NCBI GenBank assembly: GCA_963775425.1
Contig: CAVZJB010000008.1
Location: 32,001-96,000, forward strand
Origin: an uncultured delta proteobacterium
GTDB taxonomy: Bacteria > Myxococcota > UBA727 > VGSZ01
DNA length: 64,000 nt
Direction of reading: 5' to 3'
The notes beneath the pieces are model-generated. The model saw only the letters and a list, made by a program, of their open reading frames with translations. It did no database searches and had not been told where the DNA came from. Shown in pieces: positions 18,512 through 24,957 of this stretch. Both the position numbers and the translations under genes were made by a program. The stretch's first letter is position 1, and each line of letters begins with the position of its first letter.

Positions 18512-19282
18512 ATGCCCCAGAAGAACCCCGACGAGGCCCGCGCCAACGACATCGCGCAGAAGAGCGAGTCGATGGCCCGTGAGCTGTCGCAAAAGCGGGA
18601 GCTGCGCATCCGTCAGGAGCGCGTGCGCCACCTGTCGTCGGACGACTCCGGCGGCGGCAGCCGCACGCGCAAGCCGGCGCCGCTCGCCGAGGACAAGACC
18701 GTGCGCGCCGAGGACGTGCGCGAGCCGCACCGCGAGCAGCGGCCGCGGTCGGCGCCCACGCAGACGGTGCCCTTCTACCCGGAGCGCCGCCCGTCGATGC
18801 TCGACGAGGTGGCCACGGAGCTCGAGGAGCTCCTGCGCGATCTGCGCGGCGGCTGGCGTCGTTGGGAGGCCGCGGACCGCATCACCTTCGTCGCCGCCTT
18901 CGCCACCCTGATCGGCGTGCTCCTGCCGTGGACCAGCGACAAGACCCACGTGTTCCAGCTCGGCATCGCCGCCGGCGGCGGGTTCCACGCGGCGCTCGCG
19001 TGCGCGGCGGTGGCGCTCCTCGTCGGGCGCGGCAAGCGCGGCGAGCGCGGCGGGCGCGCGCGCACGTCGGCGGCGCGGCGGGCGAGCTTGTGGCACCTGT
19101 TGCTCGGCGCCACGTCGACGATCCTGTGCGCCTACTTCCTCGTCATCTACGGCGCGCAGCGCTCGGCGGCGACGGGGCTCGAGATCCGCTTCGGGCTCTA
19201 CGTCACGTTGGCCGCCGGCATGGGGCTGTCCTATGGTGGCTTCGCGCGGTTCTGGAGCCGCCACGAGGGAGAGCGCGGATGA
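18512..19282 (+). CDS. Membrane protein (charged N-terminus, about 4 TM helices)
   Basis: Hydrophobic segments including LLPW and FGLYVTLAAG; ATGA overlap with the next gene. Confidence 0.75.
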   Translation: MPQKNPDEARANDIAQKSESMARELSQKRELRIRQERVRHLSSDDSGGGSRTRKPAPLAEDKTVRAEDVREPHREQRPRSAPTQTVPFYPERRPSMLDEVATELEELLRDLRGGWRRWEAADRITFVAAFATLIGVLLPWTSDKTHVFQLGIAAGGGFHAALACAAVALLVGRGKRGERGGRARTSAARRASLWHLLLGATSTILCAYFLVIYGAQRSAATGLEIRFGLYVTLAAGMGLSYGGFARFWSRHEGERG

Positions 19283-19617
19283 GCGACGATCTCAAGGCCT
19301 TCAAGATCTCCGACCAGGTGAAAAAGCAGGTCGACCGGCCCAAGGGCGCGCCGCCCGCGGAGGCGGAGGCGCCTCAGGCGTCGGCGGGCTTCCCGCGCAT
19401 CGAGGCCCTCGTCGAGAGCGACGTCCCCGACGTCGAAGGCCTCGCCGAGCGCCAGGGCCTCCTCGAGGAGATGGCCAAGGGCAAGGCCTCCAACAAGGAC
19501 AAGGCGTCCGCCAAGAAGGCCGCCGCGGCCTACGCCAAGGCCCGCGCCCTCATCAGCTATCTGCTTGAAACAAAAAGAAAAATGACCGGCGTCGGGCCCG
19601 ATACGACAGGTGGCTGA
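19279..19617 (+). CDS. Small helical hypothetical protein (112 aa)
   Basis: ATG 19279 overlaps the upstream stop; MSDDLKAFKISDQ...ALISYLLETK. Confidence 0.75.
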   Translation: MSDDLKAFKISDQVKKQVDRPKGAPPAEAEAPQASAGFPRIEALVESDVPDVEGLAERQGLLEEMAKGKASNKDKASAKKAAAAYAKARALISYLLETKRKMTGVGPDTTGG

Positions 19618-19727
19618 GGAAGGATCTCGAGGGGGCGCCCGCGCAACCAGCCGTCGGGCCCAGCGATAACCCCCTTGAACGATTTCAGCACTCACCCACC
19701 GATTCTCGAACAGCGAGGGAAGACACC

Positions 19728-20261
19728 ATGACCATCAACGTGACCGGCGGCGGCAACCGTTCCATCCAGCTCGACTCGTCCAGCACCACGGTGCGCCAGT
19801 CTCCTCGCACCGACTTCGGAACGCAGGTGCGCAACGGCATCGCGACCGGCGCGGGCACCGCGGGCGCCGCCCTTGGTGTGGCCGCTCCCTTCGTCCCCGG
19901 CGCGGCGGTCGTGTCCGCGGCGGTCACCGGCGCGGCCGGCGGCGTGCAGGGCAGCGCGGGCGGCTTCGGCGGCGGCGCGGGCGGCGCGGCGGGCAGCGGC
20001 GTGGCCACCGTCGGCTCCGACGGCATCCCCCTGAACGGCCCCGGCCTGAACACGCCGACGGGCACGCAGTCCACCGGCAACAACCAGCAGGACCTCATCA
20101 ACCAGACCAAGGACATGCAGGAGATGATGGCCAGCTTCAACCTGCAGTACCTCCAGCTCCAGGAGAAGATGCAGGCGGAGAACCGCTCCTTCACCACCGT
20201 GTCCAACGTCATGAAGACCAAGCACGACACCGCGAAGTCGAGCATCTCGAACGTCCGCTGA
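19728..20261 (+). CDS. Putative T3SS-associated filament/secreted subunit (SctF-like C-terminal helix)
   Basis: Ser/Thr-rich N-terminus, Gly/Ala hydrophobic stretch, C-terminus YLQLQEKMQAENRSFTTVSNVMKTKHDTAKSSISNVR; RBS and own terminator. Confidence 0.6.
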   Translation: MTINVTGGGNRSIQLDSSSTTVRQSPRTDFGTQVRNGIATGAGTAGAALGVAAPFVPGAAVVSAAVTGAAGGVQGSAGGFGGGAGGAAGSGVATVGSDGIPLNGPGLNTPTGTQSTGNNQQDLINQTKDMQEMMASFNLQYLQLQEKMQAENRSFTTVSNVMKTKHDTAKSSISNVR

Positions 20262-20278
20262 TCTCTTCTGCTAGAGTG

Positions 20279-20304
20279 AGCCCGGGCAACCACCCGGGCT
20301 TTTC
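20279..20304 (+). terminator. Rho-independent terminator
   Basis: AGCCCGGG-caacca-CCCGGGCT followed by TTT. Confidence 0.7.
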
Positions 20305-20336
20305 TCTACCCGGATCGATGTAGGAGCAGGGAACAC

Positions 20337-20756
20337 ATGGAGCCGGTCGAGATCCTCAAAGGGCTGATCGAGGTTCCCCAGCCGGAGGCGGCGCTCCTCC
20401 TCGAGGCCGGCTACCTCTACATGGAGATGGGAAAGCCCAAGGACGCCGAGGACGTGTTCGTCGGCGTCTGCGCCCTGTTGCCCCAAAGCGACGTGCCGCT
20501 CGTCGCGCTCGGCAACCTCGAGTTTTCGCAGGGTCGTTTCCAACGCGCGCTCACGCACCACCAGGCGGCGCTCAAGCTGCGCCCGCAGTCGGCGCTGGCG
20601 CAGGCGCACGTGGGCGAAGCCCTGCTGTGGCTCAAGAAGGTCGACGAGGGAAAGAAGGCGCTCGAGCGCGCCATCGAGATGGAGCCGGCAGGGATGCCGG
20701 CTGCGTTTGCCAAGGCTCTCCTGGAGGCGCACGCTGCCGGAGAGCTGAACCGATAA
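20337..20756 (+). CDS. SycD/LcrH-like TPR chaperone
   Basis: 139 aa with three TPRs (GYLYMEMGKPKDAEDVFVGVCALLP; ALGNLEFSQGRFQRA; HVGEALLWL); AGGAG RBS. Confidence 0.7.
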   Translation: MEPVEILKGLIEVPQPEAALLLEAGYLYMEMGKPKDAEDVFVGVCALLPQSDVPLVALGNLEFSQGRFQRALTHHQAALKLRPQSALAQAHVGEALLWLKKVDEGKKALERAIEMEPAGMPAAFAKALLEAHAAGELNR

Positions 20757-20781
20757 GCTGGACGTAGGGGCGGAGGACACG

Positions 20782-21156
20782 ATGCGCATTGGACGAGGAG
20801 GCGGCCCCAGAGGACCCACCGGCGCCAACAACGCCGGCCCCGTCAACAAGGCCGGCTCCGCCAAGTTTGGCGGCATGGTGGGCGGCACCGCCGCCAACGG
20901 GACCGAAGAGGCCAACCGCGTCCAGAGCGCCATGATGCAGGAGCTCGCGGCGCTCGCCGCCGAGCTGCGCGCAGGCAAGGCGACCAAGGAAGAGGCCAGC
21001 CGCCGCTTCGTCGGCCTCGTCATCCGCCAGAAGTTCGGCAAGCAGAAGGGCAAGGGCGCCCAGAAGATGGAAGAGGCGGTGAGCGACCTCGTCGAGGCCG
21101 ACCCGCAGTTCGTCTCGCGCCTGCAGTCCCAGCTCAAGCGCATCGCGGGCGGCTGA
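20782..21156 (+). CDS. Hypothetical protein (disordered Gly-rich N-terminus, helical C-terminus)
   Basis: GGAGG RBS and strong GC3 bias. Confidence 0.75.
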   Translation: MRIGRGGGPRGPTGANNAGPVNKAGSAKFGGMVGGTAANGTEEANRVQSAMMQELAALAAELRAGKATKEEASRRFVGLVIRQKFGKQKGKGAQKMEEAVSDLVEADPQFVSRLQSQLKRIAGG

Positions 21157-21274
21157 GCGCGCGCATTGGTTCGCTGACGCTCACGAACAGCCGCGCCCTC
21201 CGGGCGCCCGGGGCGGCTGAGCGCGCGCCTTGGTTCGCTGACGCTCACGAACAGCCGCGCCCTCCGGGCGCCCC
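21147..21274. repeat. Two tandem 64-bp direct repeats with internal hairpin (REP-like)
   Basis: 21147-21210 and 21211-21274 differ at 2 positions; each contains GTTCGcTGAcgcTCACGAAC. Confidence 0.85.
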
Positions 21275-21359
21275 GGCTCGCTCAAGCCGGGGGTCGGCTC
21301 GTGAGCGCGACGCCTCCGGGTCGGAGGAACCGTTCGGCTCGGCGTGTTGTCGCTTGGGC

Positions 21360-21770
21360 ATGCACACGCCCACCGCCATCCGCAGGGTCGCTCCCGACCG
21401 CGCCGCCGTCGACGCCGCGCGCCTCCGCGCCGGCCTGCGCCGGCAACGCGCGATGCTGCTCGTGCCGTTCGCGCTGCTCGGCGTCGTCGTCGCGTGGGGC
21501 GCGTGGGCGCTGGCGCCGGCGGAGGTGTCGTCGATGTGCGTGCCCCTCGCCGACGATTGCTGGTGGCCGTCGCTCGACCTCGCGTTCACCGCGCGCCTCG
21601 CGTTCTGCGCCGGCATCGTCGCCGCCTGCGGCGCCCTGGCGGTGGTGCTGCGCGGCCGCCGCGCGCTCGCCGACGACGCGCTCGCGCTCGGCGTGGACCG
21701 CAGCGCCCTGCGCTGCTCCGGCGGCACGCCCGAGCCGTTCTATTTGCAGATGCGCGACATGCCGTGTTGA
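21360..21770 (+). CDS. Hypothetical two-TM membrane protein
   Basis: Two hydrophobic helices flanking a Cys pair; start uncertain. Confidence 0.5.
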   Translation: MHTPTAIRRVAPDRAAVDAARLRAGLRRQRAMLLVPFALLGVVVAWGAWALAPAEVSSMCVPLADDCWWPSLDLAFTARLAFCAGIVAACGALAVVLRGRRALADDALALGVDRSALRCSGGTPEPFYLQMRDMPC

Positions 21771-21835
21771 GCGGCCTGAGTGTCCGTCGTCGTTCGACCG
21801 ATTCCGCGGAGGCCGCCGGCCGATAGCGAAGCGCG

Positions 21836-22996
21836 ATGACCAAGCTTTTCGCCTTCGCCGATCGCTCGCTGCGTGAGCTCGCCAAGTACGCGTACGCCCT
21901 CAACCAATCGCGCGCCCGCCTGCTGATGGACCCGGTCTACGACGCCGTCTGCGCAGGCGTCCTGCGCGGCGTGGAGCCGAGCCCGCTCCTCATGGGCGAG
22001 CGCGTCTCGAAGAACCTCTACCTCGACTACCGAAGCGCGTCGCGCAAGCTCATGTGGTTCATCGAGGACGTCGACTTCGACGAGGCGCGGCCGGAGCTGT
22101 TGCCCCCGCGGCAGCGGCTGATGATGCACACGGTGGCGCTCGGCGAGACCTCCGGCTCCGCCGTGGCCGACGGCTTCCTGCGCGCGTTCCGCACGCACCC
22201 GGAGCTGGCGGCGTTCTTCGGCACGTGGTTCGTCGAGGAGCTCAACCACTTCATCGGCTTCCACCTCTACCTCACGCGGATGAAGGAGGCGTGGCCGGCG
22301 CAGCGTGGGCTCGACGTCGCCCGCACGGAGTTTCAGCCGTATGCGAAGGGCACCATGGAGATCGCCGCGGCCAACATGTACCAGGAGCTCATCGGCTACC
22401 TCGTGTACGCGAGCTTCAGCCGCCAGGCGAAGGACCCGTTCCTCGCGCGCCTGTTGATGCGCTTCGCCCGCGACGAGATGCGGCACTACAAGTTCTACCA
22501 GCAGATCGTCGTGCGCGAGATCCAGCGCGACCCGGGCTTTCGCCGCACCGTGCTCAAGGTGATCTTGAAGTCGACGACGCCCTACAACCAGGTCGCCGGC
22601 GGCGTGCAGAACGTGCTCCACCACCTCGAGCTCGGCGCCTTCTACTTCCGCAAGCCCGAGTACGAGCAGTTCCTCAAGCACGTCGGCTACCTGCTCGGTG
22701 ACGAGCGCCGCGGCTTCTTCGACTGGTTCTTCCGCGGCATCGCGCCGCCGTGCACGTTGTGCCGGCGCGAGCTCGTCCAGTGCGACTGCGCGTCGTACGA
22801 CGATGACGCCGAGCCGGCCGCGCGCAACCCGGCGTGGTGGCGCCAGGTGTCGCGCGCGGGGCGCCGCGACAGCGACGTCGACGTCGACGCCTGGGTCGAG
22901 CAGATCCTCGCGCAGCGCGCCGCGGTCCGACGACACAGCGCCGGCGGCTTCGAGGGGGCACGCCCCCTCGAAGCCGCCGTGCACATCAGCCCTTGA
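21836..22996 (+). CDS. Ferritin-like diiron protein (acyl-ACP desaturase/AurF-like fold)
   Basis: ALGE...WFVEELNH and YQE...RDEMRH diiron ligand pattern. Confidence 0.75.
   Translation: MTKLFAFADRSLRELAKYAYALNQSRARLLMDPVYDAVCAGVLRGVEPSPLLMGERVSKNLYLDYRSASRKLMWFIEDVDFDEARPELLPPRQRLMMHTVALGETSGSAVADGFLRAFRTHPELAAFFGTWFVEELNHFIGFHLYLTRMKEAWPAQRGLDVARTEFQPYAKGTMEIAAANMYQELIGYLVYASFSRQAKDPFLARLLMRFARDEMRHYKFYQQIVVREIQRDPGFRRTVLKVILKSTTPYNQVAGGVQNVLHHLELGAFYFRKPEYEQFLKHVGYLLGDERRGFFDWFFRGIAPPCTLCRRELVQCDCASYDDDAEPAARNPAWWRQVSRAGRRDSDVDVDAWVEQILAQRAAVRRHSAGGFEGARPLEAAVHISP
22942..22979. terminator. 17-bp perfect hairpin at a convergent gene junction
   Basis: CGGCGGCTTCGAGGGGG-cacg-CCCCCTCGAAGCCGCCG. 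Confidence 0.6.
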
Positions 22997-24113
22997 GCTC
23001 GAGCCTGGTCAGCGCGCCGTCGCCCATGACGACGTGCAGCGTGCCGACCTTCGCCGCGAGCTCGTTGTAGGCCTCGAGCTCCTTGAGGCGAACGAGCAGC
23101 GGGTTGTCCGCCAGCACCTTCGCGGTCTGCGCGAGGCTGCGGGTGGCCGCGGTCTCCTCGCGCCGCAGGATCACGTTGGCCTCCGCCTCCTTCTGCGCCT
23201 CGATGACGCGGTTGAGGAGCGCCTTCATCTCGCCGGGCAGGATGAGGTCGCGGACGCCGACGTCGCCGACCTCGATGCCGAGCTCGGCCGCCTTCGCCTT
23301 GATCGCCGGCGCGAGCGCGTCGACGAGGAGCTCGCGGCGGGCGAGCAGCTCGTCGAGGACGTGGCCCGCGGTGCTCTCGCGCAGCGCGAGCTGCGCGGCG
23401 AGGTACAGGGCCTCCTCGGGCGCCTTGGCCACGCGGTGCGCCTTCGTGGCGTCGACGATCTTCCAGGTCGCGCTCACGTTGACGCGGAGCGTGACCTTGT
23501 CCTTGGTGATCACGTCCTGGCCGGTGACGGCCATGATGCGCTCACGCAGATCGACGAGCAGGAAGGCGACCCGACGGCGCACGGTCCAGGCCGCGTGCCG
23601 GCCCGGGCCGAGCTCGGCGTCGACCGCGCCGTCCACGGCGCGGAGCGCGACGTGGCCGTCGGGGACGACGATCTCGACGTAGTCGCGCGCCGGCACGATG
23701 GCGCGGAGCTCCTCGCGCAGGGGCTCGGCGGTGACGCCGCCGGCGTCGAGCACCACGAGGGTGATCGCGCTGACGGCCTCGACGCGCCCGTCCTTGCGGA
23801 CCTCGACGCGGTCGACGGTCCACACGAGGTGAACGCCGGCGGCGAGCCACTGCACGGGGCGGCCGCGGCGCACGACGACGGCGCGCTCGGTCTCCCCGAC
23901 GCTGACGGCGGCCAGCTCGGCGGGATCGAACAGGCGCGCGTGCTCGCCGGGCATGTCGACGACGAGCGCGCGGGTGTCGTATCGGACGACCTCGACCTTG
24001 GCGAAGCTCCACACGACGTGGCGGCCGGGGACGAGCGCACGCTCGGCCACGCCGTCCTTCACGAGGACGCCGCGCTCATGGAGCTTGATGTCGATGACGG
24101 TGCGAAGAGCCAT
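22986..24113 (-). CDS. Slipin family SPFH/band-7 protein with repeated N-terminal beta modules
   Basis: AAGGAGG RBS, ATG 24113; three V..xE/H..V...G....L.PG.H repeats; VDLRE, GQDVITKDKVTLRVN, RDLILPGEMK, RREETAATRSL, NPLLVRLKELE. Confidence 0.9.
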   Translation of the reverse strand: MALRTVIDIKLHERGVLVKDGVAERALVPGRHVVWSFAKVEVVRYDTRALVVDMPGEHARLFDPAELAAVSVGETERAVVVRRGRPVQWLAAGVHLVWTVDRVEVRKDGRVEAVSAITLVVLDAGGVTAEPLREELRAIVPARDYVEIVVPDGHVALRAVDGAVDAELGPGRHAAWTVRRRVAFLLVDLRERIMAVTGQDVITKDKVTLRVNVSATWKIVDATKAHRVAKAPEEALYLAAQLALRESTAGHVLDELLARRELLVDALAPAIKAKAAELGIEVGDVGVRDLILPGEMKALLNRVIEAQKEAEANVILRREETAATRSLAQTAKVLADNPLLVRLKELEAYNELAAKVGTLHVVMGDGALTRLELKG

Positions 24114-24434
24114 GGGACACCTCCTTCGAGGACAGCAGGACGACGACGAGCACCACGCGGGCGCTCCGAGGGACACGAGCGATCGGATAAGAACCGGGCG
24201 ATCGGGGACCAGGGTCGCGTCGCCTCACGTGGCGCGCGCGGCGCGGCGGGCGCGGCGAGGGGCGGCGTCGCGCGCGGGCACCGTCGAGCCTCGGTGAGGT
24301 GTCGGCGGTGATGGCGCGCGGGCGGCCCGACCCCGGGCCCTTGGCGCAGCGGGCGGCGCGTGCCCCTCCTCCCCGCGGGCGGGCGAAGGAGACGGCGGGG
24401 GCGCTCCCCTGGCGCCCGGTCCTCCCGGCTTTCA

Positions 24435-24510
24435 TGGATCAGATGACGGGATTCGAACCCGCTACAGCCAGCCTGACAGACTGGTGCTCTACCCGATGAG
24501 CTACATCCGA
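24435..24510 (-). tRNA. Non-canonical tRNA-Asp(GTC)-like gene (band-7-associated tRNA-like RNA candidate)
   Basis: TCGGATG TA GCTC ATCGGGTA GAGC A CCAGT CTGTCAG GCTGG CTGTA GCGGG TTCGAAT CCCGT CATCTGA T CCA: cloverleaf with U73 and several G-U pairs. Confidence 0.8.
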
Positions 24511-24683
24511 GGGTCCGCCTTCAAGGGGCGATCTCGCGTCTCATAAGGAGCGGAACGCATCGGTGCGATGCACGAAACGCAAAGCGTGTGCAGCACGAGG
24601 CGCCGGTTGTGTCCTCCTTTCGAGGCCACACCGACGCTCGCGCGCCCGCCTTGATTCAGAACCCGCGGCCGCGCCGATCAGGA

Positions 24684-24881
24684 TCAGGCGCGGCGCTCGG
24701 TTCGGCGCCGGACCACGGCGGCGGCGACCATGAGCGCGACGAGGACGACGAGCACCGCGCCGTGCACGGGCTCCACGACGTAGTGCATCACGGTGAAAGG
24801 GCTCGTGGTCCCGTGGCCCGGGTGGGCCGCGGCGGGCAGCGCGCCCATCATCGAAGACAACAAGACGGCGAGGCGCTTCAT
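24684..24881 (-). CDS. Small HupE/UreJ-like membrane protein
   Basis: Signal, AHPGH, then HYVVEPVH and one TM helix; AAGGAG RBS; lies downstream of hypF. Confidence 0.6.
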   Translation of the reverse strand: MKRLAVLLSSMMGALPAAAHPGHGTTSPFTVMHYVVEPVHGAVLVVLVALMVAAAVVRRRTERRA

Positions 24882-24957
24882 GGTCGGCTCCTTCAGGCGG
24901 GTGAAGCTACGGCATCTCGCTCGGAGCAGGGCGCATTTCTTTGCGCGCGGCGTCGGC

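Noticed and set aside
21147-21274. 64-bp periodic repeat as a mini-CRISPR
   Set aside because: The whole unit is duplicated, so there are no unique spacers.
24076-24435. 119-aa ORF starting at the CCA end of the tRNA-like gene
   Set aside because: Low-complexity R/A/P sequence, no RBS, and overlaps the slipin start out of frame.
24569-24583. Sigma54-like site (CTGCAC-N5-TTGC, minus strand) upstream of the tRNA-like gene
   Set aside because: Would fit RtcR-type control, but the invariant -24 GG is broken, so it is not supportable.
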